Below, in pieces: positions 47,050 to 57,159 of a DNA stretch of 64,000 nucleotides. This DNA is from Limnothrix sp. BL-A-16. Its GTDB lineage: Bacteria > Cyanobacteriota > Cyanobacteriia > CACIAM-69d. A program made the position numbers and the translations under genes. The notes beneath the pieces are model-generated. The model saw nothing but the letters and a program-made list of their open reading frames with translations. It made no database searches and was not told the origin of the DNA. The stretch is from assembly GCA_041937175.2 (NCBI GenBank), contig CP166615.1, positions 448,001 through 512,000 on the forward strand, read 5' to 3'. The first letter of the stretch is position 1. Each line of letters opens with the position of its first letter.

Positions 47050-49017
47050 TCAGGCAGAAGTGGCGGCGCTGGCGATGTCTCGGGTGATGGGCAATTTAAT
47101 TTCAAAGGTTGTGCCGTGGTGGGGAATCGATCGACAGTCGATCGAGCCGTAGTGGCGCTCCACAATAATTTGATAGGCGATCGCCATGCCCAATCCGGTG
47201 CCTTTGCCAACGGGCTTGGTGGTATAGAACGGGTCAAATAATTTGGCACGAGTCGCATCATTCATGCCAATGCCATTGTCAGTAATTTCGATTTTGACCC
47301 AAGACAAATTGAGGGTTTGGGTTGTGATGGTAATGGTGGGCAATTCTTGGGCCGGCGGCGCTGCTTGCCACCGTTCCTCGATCGCATCAATGGCATTGAC
47401 CAGCAGGTTAATTAAAACCTGATCAATTTGTCCAATGGTGCAATCAACGGCAGGTAAAGAGCCGCTTTGGCGAATGATATTGAGATCGGGTTTTAGCTCC
47501 TGAATTCGATGACTCAAGATCATCAACACCCGATCGATGGACTCGTGAAGGCTGGCCGGTTCCTTGGCTTCGGTGGTGACGTGGGAATAGATTCGGAGGG
47601 ATTTTACAATTTCCCGAATGCGATTGGTTCCCACGCGCATGGAGGTGAGCAGCTTGGGAAAATCATCGGCAATGTAATCTAAATCAAGGGTCTCGGGATG
47701 GGCGATCGGGACGAAATGAGGAGTTTTGGCATATTGCTGGTTGTGGCGATCGATGGTGTCTTGGTAAGCAATCACGGCTTCTAAAAGTTCCGTGGCATAT
47801 TCTGAAGCGTGATGCAAATTACCATGTACGAAGCTCACGGGATTGTTGATTTCGTGGGCGATTCCGGCCACCAATTGCCCCAAGCTTGATAGTTTTTCGC
47901 TTTGAATCAGGTGTGTTTGGGCTTCTTGCAGTTCTTGAAGGGCCGTTTCTAAATCTTCAGTGCGATCTTGCAGGGCCAGGCGAGATTCCTGAAGCTGTTG
48001 GTTGCTGTAAATCACTTGGTTAAGGAGCGATTCTTGCACCACGACTCGCCGAATATTGTTGAAAAGATAGGCGGCAATGCTGGCGGTGAGGCTTAGTCCC
48101 ACGAGAAAGGCTGCAATGCTATTGGGAAATAGAAAGGGCGAAAAAATTTGATGGGGCAACACGAGCAGGGACATTTCCCGATCGCCCACGTTAATGGATT
48201 GGGTGCAAATGTCCCAAGGGCCTTTCCAAGGACAACGCAAGGCCTGCTGGGCCCCAACAGTCCAAGGGGCTGTACTGGCGATCGGGAGGATGCGATCGAA
48301 GCTACTGGGGTTGGCTAACTGGGATTGCAAATAATCCACCGGGCGATCGAACAGGAAAATATCCAAATCCAACACGCCCGTCTGTCCACGGGTTAGGTGG
48401 AGCGATCGGGTAATTTCCGTTTGGGTCACAAACCAGCCCTGGTCGGTTCCCTGCACCGTCAGCAGCCGAGGATCTGGATTGGACACAATCATCGTTAGGG
48501 GCCGCTGAAAGGACTGGGCCCGCTTCAGCCAACTGTTGAGGGCTGGGGGGATTGTTGTTCGCTGACCGGATTGCCGACCGCTAAGGGACTGGATACCTTG
48601 CCCCAGTTGAAATTGAACATAGGGCCCCGTTTGGGGATCAGCCTGAATCCAGGCCGTATCGGCCGTGTTGGCCACGTCGGACAGGAGGTTTTGGCTGATG
48701 GATTGAAATTCGGCGGCCGAGGCGGGGCGACGGCGATCGAACATCAAGGCCCCGGCGCGGGTGGTGCGGGTAATTTGTTCTAAATCATCACGAAGATTGT
48801 TACCCAATTGTTGGGTTTGCTGTTGCAGTTGGGCGCGGGCTTGGGCCAAGTCCCGATCGGCCGCCCAGTTGGCCGCCCAGGCCGACAGTCCCACTCCCAC
48901 CAACAAAGCAATGGCAACGGGCCCATAACGACGATAGGGAACAGGCGTTAGCGATGGGGCGGGGGGTGGGGGTGGCGCAGATCCCGGCCGATCGGTTCGA
49001 CGAGCAGCGACAGGCAT
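47050..49017 (-). CDS. Membrane sensor histidine kinase with CHASE-like extracytoplasmic domain
   Basis: Two TM segments flanking a sensor; QSEKLSSLGQLVAGIAHEINNP H-box; FDPFYTTKPVGKGTGLG; start inferred at MPVAARR. Confidence 0.88.
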   Translation of the reverse strand: MPVAARRTDRPGSAPPPPPAPSLTPVPYRRYGPVAIALLVGVGLSAWAANWAADRDLAQARAQLQQQTQQLGNNLRDDLEQITRTTRAGALMFDRRRPASAAEFQSISQNLLSDVANTADTAWIQADPQTGPYVQFQLGQGIQSLSGRQSGQRTTIPPALNSWLKRAQSFQRPLTMIVSNPDPRLLTVQGTDQGWFVTQTEITRSLHLTRGQTGVLDLDIFLFDRPVDYLQSQLANPSSFDRILPIASTAPWTVGAQQALRCPWKGPWDICTQSINVGDREMSLLVLPHQIFSPFLFPNSIAAFLVGLSLTASIAAYLFNNIRRVVVQESLLNQVIYSNQQLQESRLALQDRTEDLETALQELQEAQTHLIQSEKLSSLGQLVAGIAHEINNPVSFVHGNLHHASEYATELLEAVIAYQDTIDRHNQQYAKTPHFVPIAHPETLDLDYIADDFPKLLTSMRVGTNRIREIVKSLRIYSHVTTEAKEPASLHESIDRVLMILSHRIQELKPDLNIIRQSGSLPAVDCTIGQIDQVLINLLVNAIDAIEERWQAAPPAQELPTITITTQTLNLSWVKIEITDNGIGMNDATRAKLFDPFYTTKPVGKGTGLGMAIAYQIIVERHYGSIDCRSIPHHGTTFEIKLPITRDIASAATSA

Positions 49018-49430
49018 GATTAAGCAAGAGGGTGTCAAGGGAGTGGTGTTGAGGTGGGTGTTGAGGTGGGTATTTTGAAACGGGAGATGGGCTGGAGTAA
49101 CGGTCAACCATTCGGTGGCTGGTGTGGGCCCATGGCTCCAGCGATCGATTGGCTCCGAGGTGGAAGGAGCGGGGGTTGGACGGAGGTGGAACAGCCTCCA
49201 GAAACACTCTGGCCAGCGCGTGGCACTTGACGGTAACTTCTTCACGATCAAAAACTTGCTGATTGGATCCATCCCGATAGGGGACGATCGCGGGTGGGGG
49301 GTAGTGGGGCCAACGGTCAAAAATTGGCGATGGGGCCATGGTTTGGGGGCAACGAATCAGGTCACCGCCCCGAGAGCCAGTGAGTGACCCGCTGGCGGCT
49401 GTAGCGATTGACACCCTGACCTTCATCCTA

Positions 49431-49449
49431 ATTGAGAATAAGTTTTAAT
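49431..49449. promoter_or_regulatory. Fur-family box-like AT-rich operator
   Basis: ATTGAGAATAAGTTTTAAT, an imperfect 9-1-9 palindrome containing the TTGAGAAT half-site typical of cyanobacterial Fur boxes. Confidence 0.5.
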
Positions 49450-49711
49450 AAATAATTGACTTGATTACAATTTTCAAATTTCAGATGCCGAATTCATAAG
49501 CACAGCGTAATTCTGTGCTGAGTTTTAATCGCGTTTAATGGCAAGAAGCGTGCTCCGCTGCCCGATCGCTTGCCAGGGCTGCCTCCTCTGGCTCAAGATG
49601 GGCCTAGTTTCGACTCTTCAACTGGTTTGATGGTTGGTGTGGATCAGCCTGGTTTTGGTTGATCAGCTTCTTGGATATTGCTCTCGTTATCAGCATTTGC
49701 GCCCTGCCCCT

Positions 49712-50395
49712 ATGGCTGCCGGATTGGTTCACGATCGAATCACGATCAACACGGCCGGGATTTGGTTCTTGGCGGCATTGGGGGTGACGGCGGATCTGGG
49801 GCTGGCCGCTGCGAGTGCGATCGGCTGTGTGGTGGGCGGCTACTGGCTCAGTCCAGATCTCGATATTCGATCGCACCCATTCCAGCGCTGGGGCCCCCTA
49901 CGCATCATTTGGATTCCTTACCAAAAACTGATTCGCCACCGCTCCACCTGGTCCCATGGGCCGCTGATTGGCACGACCTTGCGGGTGTTGTATTTGGCGA
50001 TCGCCCTGGGGATGGGATGGTTGCTGATGTTGGGATTGGCGGTGATCGGGTTTTCCCTGTGGGGCGGGGCTGATCGCTATGCCAACTTTGAGGCGGCCAC
50101 CTTGGCCCAAACCCGGGCGATCGGCCAATGGCTGTGGGTTGATCAATTCCCGTTTTTGGTGGCGGGGTTTGTGGGGCTGGAGGTGGGGGCCCTGTCGCAT
50201 ATCGTGACGGATCATCTCAGCTCTTGGCAAAAGCGACGCGCCCGCCGGGCCAAGCGATCGACCACCCGCAGCCGATCGCCCGGTGCTCGAACCTCATCCC
50301 GCAAACCGGCCCGCAACCGTCGATTGCGCAGTGGTCAAGCCCGCAACCCTCAACCTAAGCAGACTAAACGAGCAAAAAACCGGTCAAACTCATAG
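49712..50395 (+). CDS. DUF2227 family putative metal-binding membrane protein
   Basis: HDRIT, SPDLDIRS, WGPLRIIWIPY, HRSTWSHGPLIGT, SHIVTD; Arg/Lys-rich tail. Confidence 0.85.
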   Translation: MAAGLVHDRITINTAGIWFLAALGVTADLGLAAASAIGCVVGGYWLSPDLDIRSHPFQRWGPLRIIWIPYQKLIRHRSTWSHGPLIGTTLRVLYLAIALGMGWLLMLGLAVIGFSLWGGADRYANFEAATLAQTRAIGQWLWVDQFPFLVAGFVGLEVGALSHIVTDHLSSWQKRRARRAKRSTTRSRSPGARTSSRKPARNRRLRSGQARNPQPKQTKRAKNRSNS

Positions 50396-51637
50396 CCAGC
50401 GGCGACGCAAGAAATCCAACGCGGTGCAGGCGCTGACGTGGCGGATCCATTCCCGATCGCGCTGGAGCCCGAGGCGCATTTCATGGGTGGTGACCCCATC
50501 GGGGCCAGCAATGCCCGCATAGACCAGACCCACCGGCTTGGCCTCGCTGCCACCGCCGGGCCCGGCCACCCCGGTGATGCTGATGGCCCAAGTGCTGCCG
50601 AGCCGATCGCGTGCCCCGATCGCCATTTCCTTAGCCGTTTCATGGCTGACGGCTCCGAAGCGATCTAATGTTTCCGCCGAAACCCCCAACAGGGCTGTTT
50701 TGATCCGGTTGTCGTAGGCAATGATGCCACCGAGAAAATAGGCGGAACTGCCCGCCACCGCCGTCAGCAACTGTCCCAAACCGCCACCTGTGCAGGACTC
50801 CGCCACCGCTAGGGTTTCGCCTCGATCTTGGAGCGATCGACCCACCACGATCGGCAATGTGTCCTCATCCAAGCCATAGCAATCGGGCCCCACCCGATCG
50901 CGAATTTGCGCCACCATCGGCTCAATTTTGGCCAGGGCTTCGGTTGCCGTTGCCCCACAGGCCGACACCCGCAACTTCACCGATCCTCGGTTGGCGTAGG
51001 GGGCCACCGTCGGATCCGAACTGGCTAAATAGTCCGCCACCCGTTCCGCCAGGGCCGATTCGGAAATGCCCCAAAACTTCAGGGTTTGCGAGACGATCGT
51101 TTGGCGCGACCACCCGTGATCTCGCAGGTAAGGCACGGCCACTTCCGCCCACATGGTGCGCATTTCGCTGGGCACACCGGGAAAGGTCATCAACAACAAC
51201 TCCGGAACCGGTTGCCAAATCATGCCCGGAGCCGTGCCCACCCGGTTGGTCAAAATGGCTGCCCCAGCCGGCAACAGGGCCTGCTTGCGATTACTGGGAA
51301 CCATGGTGCGGCCGCGCTGGGCAAATTTCTGTTCAATGTCGGCAATGACGGCCGGATGTTCCACCAGGGGCGCATCAAAAAACTGGGCGATCGTTTCGGT
51401 GGTTAAGTCATCGGGCGTGGGGCCCAGGCCGCCCGTAAACAGCAAAATGCGCGATCGTTGGCAAGCGGTGGCGATCGCCCGTTGCAGTCGTTGGGGATTG
51501 TCGCCAACCACCGTTTGGTAATAGTGGGGAATGCCCAATGCCGCCAGTTGTTGTGCCAAAAACTGAGCATTACCATTGAGAATGTCGCCAAGCAACAGCT
51601 CAGTGCCGACACAAATAATTTCAGCGCTGGGGGTCAT
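50390..51637 (-). CDS. cinA: Competence/damage-inducible protein A (MoCF-like plus NMN deamidase domain)
   Basis: AEIICVGTELLLG, TGGLGPTPDDLT, AVAESCTGG, ITGVAGPGGG, KPVGLV. Confidence 0.95.
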   Translation of the reverse strand: MTPSAEIICVGTELLLGDILNGNAQFLAQQLAALGIPHYYQTVVGDNPQRLQRAIATACQRSRILLFTGGLGPTPDDLTTETIAQFFDAPLVEHPAVIADIEQKFAQRGRTMVPSNRKQALLPAGAAILTNRVGTAPGMIWQPVPELLLMTFPGVPSEMRTMWAEVAVPYLRDHGWSRQTIVSQTLKFWGISESALAERVADYLASSDPTVAPYANRGSVKLRVSACGATATEALAKIEPMVAQIRDRVGPDCYGLDEDTLPIVVGRSLQDRGETLAVAESCTGGGLGQLLTAVAGSSAYFLGGIIAYDNRIKTALLGVSAETLDRFGAVSHETAKEMAIGARDRLGSTWAISITGVAGPGGGSEAKPVGLVYAGIAGPDGVTTHEMRLGLQRDREWIRHVSACTALDFLRRRWL

Positions 51638-51785
51638 TGTGCCAAGCTCCGCACAGGATCAAACGAGGATCACCGAACCATTCAACCATCAAGGCGACAC
51701 TGATCAAGCCCAACTGATCAGACCTAATTGATTAGGCCCATCAGTCAATCATCATCATCTCGGATTTTGCCCTTAACGGATCGTG

Positions 51786-51833
51786 GAACAAGGGGTAGGA
51801 CAAGGGGTAGGACAAGGGGTAGGACAAGGGGTT
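51786..51833. repeat. 12-bp tandem repeat x4
   Basis: GAACAAGGGGTA GGACAAGGGGTA GGACAAGGGGTA GGACAAGGGGTT. Confidence 0.9.
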
Positions 51834-51835
51834 TA

Positions 51836-51978
51836 GGGCCTGTCGTCGTTGAGCACGAAACCCTAGATCTGCCGTTAGCGGATCGTGGGGGACAAGATGC
51901 TCAAGCCCCTTGTTGCGACGACTAGGGCATGGAAGATCAACTGTTTCAGCATCACCTCGAAATAATGACGACAGGCCC
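51836..51978. mobile_element. 143-bp MITE with 15-bp terminal inverted repeats and TA duplication
   Basis: Left GGGCCTGTCGTCGTT, right end reads GGGCCTGTCGTCATT on the minus strand; TA at 51834-35 and 51979-80; no coding capacity. Confidence 0.8.
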
Positions 51979-52382
51979 TAAACCCCTTGCCTGATCATGG
52001 GCCTGATCACGATTGAAGCAAGACGGTCAAATGCTTTGGCCCTCGGCGTTGCTCTCAAACTTTCGCCTTAATTGATTGCGAACGGATCGCGTGAAGGACT
52101 AATTCTCAGTCTAAGCTTGATTAGCCCTAAATCAATAGGGACAAATCGGTTCCATTGTAGCGTTGAAATTTTCAGGCTCCAAGCCATTTCAAGCCGCTGT
52201 TTTCGCGATTTTTTCGCGGTTTCATCTTAAATGAGAAATTGAGGATCCCTCGATCGATCTTGACCAACTTGGCCAAAAGATGAGGTTACGATCGGCTGAG
52301 TTTGCTTGAGACTTGTGATCACGAATCATTGCGATCATTGCGATTTTCTCGAAATAATTACCCCTGCCCAAGGAGGAGAGCC

Positions 52383-52703
52383 ATGGCGACATCGAAAGAA
52401 TTCACGAGTTTTGATGCCATGATTCGGGAAGCTGAAAAACCCGTTCTTGTGGACTTTTATGCCACTTGGTGTGGCCCTTGCCAACTGTTGTCGCCAGTGT
52501 TGGAGGAGGTGAGTGTGCGGCTGCATGATCACCTGCAAGTGGTGAAGATTGATGCCGATCGCTACCCGGATTTGGCAACTCAACACCAGGTGACAGCCCT
52601 GCCGACGCTGATTTTGTTTAAGGGCGGCCAAGCGATCGATCGAATCGAAGGGTTTATGAAGGCGGAGCATCTCATCGCCCACCTAGAGCGCAAATTGAGT
52701 TAA
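52383..52703 (+). CDS. Thioredoxin (y-type/TrxQ-like)
   Basis: VLVDFYATWCGPCQ active site, ALPTLILFKGG; AGGAGG RBS. Confidence 0.95.
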   Translation: MATSKEFTSFDAMIREAEKPVLVDFYATWCGPCQLLSPVLEEVSVRLHDHLQVVKIDADRYPDLATQHQVTALPTLILFKGGQAIDRIEGFMKAEHLIAHLERKLS

Positions 52704-52758
52704 AGGGGACAATATCCAACGAACCAATAACGGTTTGTTGTGGGATGGGCTGCGATCG

Positions 52759-55569
52759 ATGGATCTTGTGTTGTGCCACATGACGGTGGATTTTGATGCC
52801 CTGGGGGCGGCGGTGGGCTGGGCCTGCCTGCACCCGGGGGCCAAAATTGTGCTGGCGGGCGGGGCGCATCCGGGAGTGCAGGCGTTTTTGGCGCTCCACC
52901 GCGATGAGTATCCCTTGATTGAGCGGCGATCGGTGGATCCAAAACGGATTCGATCGCTCGTGGTGGTGGATACGCAACAGCGCGATCGCCTGGGGAAGTT
53001 GGCGGAATGGCTGGACTTGCCGCAGTTGGACTCGATCGCCCTCTATGACCATCACTTGGGGTCTGTGGGGGACATTCCCGCCACCCGACAACAAATCGAA
53101 GCGGTGGGGGCCACCACCACCCTGATGGTGGAGCAATTGCAACGGGCGGGCGATTTGCAGCGGCCCCTCACACCGGCCGAGGCAACGGTGATGGCCTTGG
53201 GGATCCATGTGGATTCTGGATCCTTGACCTATGAAACCGCCACGGCGCGGGATGCGGCGGCCCTGGCTTGGTTAATGGCCCAAGGAGCCAGCGTCAGTGC
53301 CATTGCCACCTATTTGGATCCGAGTTTGTCGCCCCTGTTGCAGCGGCTGTTGGCGGAGGCGATCGACCAGGTGCATGGCCGCCCGGAACAGACCCAAGTG
53401 GTGGCCGGGGCCCGCTTAATCTGGGTGTTGCTGACGGCGGATCATTACGTACCGGGTCTTTCGACGGTGGCTTCGCGGTTGGTGGACACGATCGGGGCGG
53501 ATAGTTTGTTGCTGGGAATGCTCTATGGCACGCGGGAGGGGCCTCGCGGTTGGCGGCTATCGTTGGTGGGGCGATCGCGGTTGGTGGGCCCGAACTGGGG
53601 AGCGTTGTTGGCTCCTTGGGGAGGCGGCCATGCCCAAGCGGCGGCGGGCACGGTGCATTGGGATTCAGAGCCAGCAGCACCGATCGAACCGGCGGCAATG
53701 TTGCTGAAATCCCTGATGGCGGCCTTTGCGGCGCAGTTACCCCATCCCCCGATCGCGCGGGATTTGATGTCGTCACCCGTGCGGACGATTTTGCCGGAAA
53801 CCTCGATCGACGAAGCCCAGCGAATTTTGTTGCGCTATGGCCATTCCGGCCTGTCCGTGGTCGATCGGGGTGGGCAGTTGGTGGGGATTGTGTCCCGGCG
53901 AGATTTGGATATTGCACTCCACCACGGGTTTCACCATGCCCCCGTCAAGGGCTACATGACCACCCAACTCAAAACCATCACCCCGGAAACAACCCTAGCG
54001 GCCATCGAAGCCCTGATGGTGACCTACGACATTGGCCGGCTCCCGGTGCTCGATCGGGGACAACTGGTGGGGATTGTGACCCGTACCGATGTGTTGCGCC
54101 GGTTCCATCGCGATCGACAGCAACAGCCCACCCCTGCCCTCTCAGACCCGATCGCCGCGATCGGGAATTTTTGCCCCCTGCTGTCGCGGCTCACTCCGCC
54201 CTTGCGACAACTGCTCGATCGGGCGGCGGCTTTGGCCCAGACCAGGGGCTGGCAACTGTACCTGGTGGGGGGTGGGGTGCGCGATTTGCTCCTGAGTGAC
54301 GCGGCCCAGGCGCTGCACCTGTCGGATTTGGACTTGGTGGTGGATGGTTGCCATCAACCTCGGGAGAATCCTCCAGAGGACTCAGAAGCCATCGCGCCAG
54401 ACACCGGAGCCGCTGTGAGTTTGGCCCAAGCCCTGGCCCAGGACTATCCCGGGGTGCGTTTACAAGTCCATGGGCAATTTCAAACGGCTGCCCTGTTGTG
54501 GCATCGAGATCCGCTGTTCGATTCCCTGTGGGTGGACATTGCCACGGCGCGCACGGAGTTTTATCCCTATCCAGCGGCCAATCCGGAAGTGGAAGCCAGT
54601 TCCATTCAACAGGATTTGTATCGGCGCGATTTTACGGTGAATGCGTTGGCGGTGCGGCTGACGGAACCCAATCCCGGTGAGGTGCTGGACTTTTTTGGGG
54701 GCATGGTGGACTTGGGCGATCGACTGGTGCGGGTGCTCCATGCCAACAGTTTTATTGAGGACCCCACGCGGATCTATCGAGCGGTGCGGTTTGCGGTCAA
54801 GTTGGGGTTCACGATCGAAACCCAAACGGAGCGCTACATCCGCTATGCCATGGCCCAACTATCGCCCTTGGGAGGGCAGCGCCGCCAACCCGCCTTGGAA
54901 ACCCGTTTGAAGGCCGAGCTGAAATACATTTTGCAGACGGATTTTTGGTTGCCGGCCCTGGATTTGCTCGATCGCCTGGAGGCCCTGCGTTGCATCCACC
55001 CCACGTTGAAACTGACCCGATCGCTGCGGCAGGCGGTGCGCTGGGTGGCCTGGGTTTGGGCAGCGGGGGTGTTGGCTTGGGGGGACGATCGGGCGGTGGC
55101 CGGTCTCCATCGTTGGGAACTGTTGCTGGAAACCTTGCTGGCCAGCTTGGCCCCGGGCGATCGCGCCGAGGTGGCACGCCGGTTACAGCTCACCGAAGCC
55201 AGCATTCAACGGCTGGAACAACTGGCGATCGCGGAAACCACCTTACCCGCAGAATTGGCCCGATGCGATCGCCCCAGCGACCAAGTGCGGGTCTTGGAAT
55301 CCTGGAGCCGACCGCTGCTGTTGTTGGTTAGCCTCCACAGCGATCGGGTGACAAGGCGGCAAATTTGGCACTATCTCACCCGCTTGAGCCAAGTGACCAG
55401 CCCTTTGAATGGCAAAGATCTACAACAGTTGGGCTATGCGCCGGGTAAGCAATTTCGAGAAATTTTGGGTCAGTTGCGAGGGGCTTGTTTGGATCGGCTG
55501 GTGGGCGATCGCACCGAAGCGATCACTTGGGTGAAAACCCACTATCCGCCACAAAGTCCGGTGGGCTGA
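52759..55569 (+). CDS. A-adding tRNA nucleotidyltransferase (DHH-CBS-CBS-PolyA polymerase head architecture)
   Basis: CHMTVDFDALG and YDHH (DHH domain), tandem CBS domains, YLVGGGVRD, DLDLVV, DLYRRDFTVNA, FIEDPTRIYRAVRF. Confidence 0.9.
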   Translation: MDLVLCHMTVDFDALGAAVGWACLHPGAKIVLAGGAHPGVQAFLALHRDEYPLIERRSVDPKRIRSLVVVDTQQRDRLGKLAEWLDLPQLDSIALYDHHLGSVGDIPATRQQIEAVGATTTLMVEQLQRAGDLQRPLTPAEATVMALGIHVDSGSLTYETATARDAAALAWLMAQGASVSAIATYLDPSLSPLLQRLLAEAIDQVHGRPEQTQVVAGARLIWVLLTADHYVPGLSTVASRLVDTIGADSLLLGMLYGTREGPRGWRLSLVGRSRLVGPNWGALLAPWGGGHAQAAAGTVHWDSEPAAPIEPAAMLLKSLMAAFAAQLPHPPIARDLMSSPVRTILPETSIDEAQRILLRYGHSGLSVVDRGGQLVGIVSRRDLDIALHHGFHHAPVKGYMTTQLKTITPETTLAAIEALMVTYDIGRLPVLDRGQLVGIVTRTDVLRRFHRDRQQQPTPALSDPIAAIGNFCPLLSRLTPPLRQLLDRAAALAQTRGWQLYLVGGGVRDLLLSDAAQALHLSDLDLVVDGCHQPRENPPEDSEAIAPDTGAAVSLAQALAQDYPGVRLQVHGQFQTAALLWHRDPLFDSLWVDIATARTEFYPYPAANPEVEASSIQQDLYRRDFTVNALAVRLTEPNPGEVLDFFGGMVDLGDRLVRVLHANSFIEDPTRIYRAVRFAVKLGFTIETQTERYIRYAMAQLSPLGGQRRQPALETRLKAELKYILQTDFWLPALDLLDRLEALRCIHPTLKLTRSLRQAVRWVAWVWAAGVLAWGDDRAVAGLHRWELLLETLLASLAPGDRAEVARRLQLTEASIQRLEQLAIAETTLPAELARCDRPSDQVRVLESWSRPLLLLVSLHSDRVTRRQIWHYLTRLSQVTSPLNGKDLQQLGYAPGKQFREILGQLRGACLDRLVGDRTEAITWVKTHYPPQSPVG

Positions 55570-55656
55570 GGCTTCGGGGGCGATCGCAACCCAGGGCCAG
55601 GGTCGCAATTATTGCGAATCTTTACGAAAGAAAAACTCTTGACTTATTCTTAAGAG

Positions 55657-56544
55657 TTGAAGCGGCATCCACCCCTCTCCGATGCCCCGAGGTTTGCTTT
55701 GAACCCTTCTTCTCCCCAACCGCAACGAAGCCGCTGGATTGCTCCCTTGTTTTTGGTTACCGCTGCCTGCGCTTCCATGCTTGGCGCGGGAGCGGTGGCC
55801 GTTGTGCGATCTGGCGAAATGAACCTCTTCGGCATTCGGTTCGAGTCCCCCCCCATCCTGAACTGGTTGGCGGGAGAAGAGCAGTCTTTCCCACCGCGTG
55901 AAGGTTGGCCGGTGTCCAAAACCGCTGAACAGGAGTTGGATCCAGCCGATCCCAGCATTCCCGATCTCGTGCTTCAGCAAATTCGCAGCCATCCCCATCG
56001 GGATAGCTCGTCGGTGATTCGCAGCCAACGCATTGCCCCGATTGAGCGGCCCGTGCGCAACAGCCCTCAGCCAGCGGAGTCCACCACCGATCGCGTGCCC
56101 CTGGCTAGTCCCAGTCCCTTGGGTAATCCTGACGACAACGCGCCACCGACTGACAGCACACCGCTGGTGGATCCCTCCGGTAGCAATTCGGGAACGGCCA
56201 ACCCAGCGATCGAGCGCCCCGAGCGCCCCGATCGATCTAACTCGGGCGATCGCGGTTCAACGGTCGATCGATCTCCGTCCGGTACCAGCGCCCCAGAGCC
56301 GGCCGCCAACTCAGCTCCCTCGGAAACCCGCTCCGCGCCCGATCGCCCCGCTAACCCCGAGCCGCGCCCCGTCACAGAACGCCGCCCGACCACGGAGCGC
56401 CGCCCTGCCCCCGAACCAGCCGCCGTTGAGCGTCGCCCCAGCGGCGGCAGTTCCAGTGCTCCAGCCAGCGGCGGGTCATCCGGTGCTAGCAACGGGGGCA
56501 GTGCTGGCAGTGGTTCCGCCCCGGACAGCAGCAGCACACCCTAA
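55657..56544 (+). CDS. Hypothetical single-TM protein with long Pro/Ser/Arg-rich disordered tail
   Basis: Hydrophobic segment WIAPLFLVTAACASMLGAGAVAVV followed by low-complexity sequence; TTG start. Confidence 0.6.
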   Translation: MKRHPPLSDAPRFALNPSSPQPQRSRWIAPLFLVTAACASMLGAGAVAVVRSGEMNLFGIRFESPPILNWLAGEEQSFPPREGWPVSKTAEQELDPADPSIPDLVLQQIRSHPHRDSSSVIRSQRIAPIERPVRNSPQPAESTTDRVPLASPSPLGNPDDNAPPTDSTPLVDPSGSNSGTANPAIERPERPDRSNSGDRGSTVDRSPSGTSAPEPAANSAPSETRSAPDRPANPEPRPVTERRPTTERRPAPEPAAVERRPSGGSSSAPASGGSSGASNGGSAGSGSAPDSSSTP

Positions 56545-56810
56545 GGGCATACCCTGGCCCCCAGTTCTGCGCCCTTGATCCTGATCCCTGATCTTGATCC
56601 CTGACTAAGCTGCAGGCGCGAATCCCCAGCCAGCCCTAAACTGCTCATGCCAAACCTGCCAGCCCAAAACCACCACGCTATAATTCAGAGCGGTCGCGGT
56701 AACCCGCTCCGGCCCTGCCTAAAAGCGATTATGCGCGCACCCTAGCTCTCAACTAGCGCTTGACCTTCCGATTCCCGATCGCCTTCCAAGTACTTTCACC
56801 CGCGAGTTTC

Positions 56811-57131
56811 ATGAGTAACCCGCTTGTCCATGCCTTCTTTGTTGGTCGCGCGATCGCTGAAGTGGTAAACGAACAAATCGAGCGAACTGCCACCGATTGG
56901 TTGAGCGAGCTTGGGAAATTCGATGCCGAACAGCGGGAAAACCTACGCCAACTGGTCGAAGAAGCCCTGGCCAGGGCCCAACAGGCCGAAGCCGCCGCCA
57001 CCAACGGCCGCGCCACCAGTAGCGCTCCCGGTGGCGACGATGTGCAAGCTGAACTCGATGATCTGCGAGCCGAGATTGCTCGCCTCCGGTCAGAGATTAA
57101 GCAATACCGCAGCGAAGCCAACCCAAGCTAG
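56811..57131 (+). CDS. Conserved cyanobacterial protein (DUF6825 / Sll1769-like)
   Basis: [42 protein letters not shown]; precedes ABC1 kinase. Confidence 0.85.
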   Translation: MSNPLVHAFFVGRAIAEVVNEQIERTATDWLSELGKFDAEQRENLRQLVEEALARAQQAEAAATNGRATSSAPGGDDVQAELDDLRAEIARLRSEIKQYRSEANPS

Positions 57132-57159
57132 AGTCGAGACGCACCGCACGGAGTCGAGG

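Noticed and set aside
48800..49426. 208-aa minus-strand ORF and 101-aa N-terminal extension of the CHASE kinase
   Set aside because: Low-complexity, non-protein-like composition; the kinase more plausibly starts at 49017
51786..51833. Tandem repeats here and at 59899-59958 and 62541-62586 considered as CRISPR arrays
   Set aside because: Units are contiguous with no unique spacers, and no cas genes are present
55835..55856. GGTTCGAGTCCC resembling a tRNA T-loop
   Set aside because: Lies inside a CDS; no acceptor, D or anticodon stems can be built
56911..57159. Apparent 83-codon overlap of the ABC1 kinase ORF with the upstream DUF6825 gene
   Set aside because: Artefact of longest-ORF calling; kinase-like sequence begins near GTG 57160
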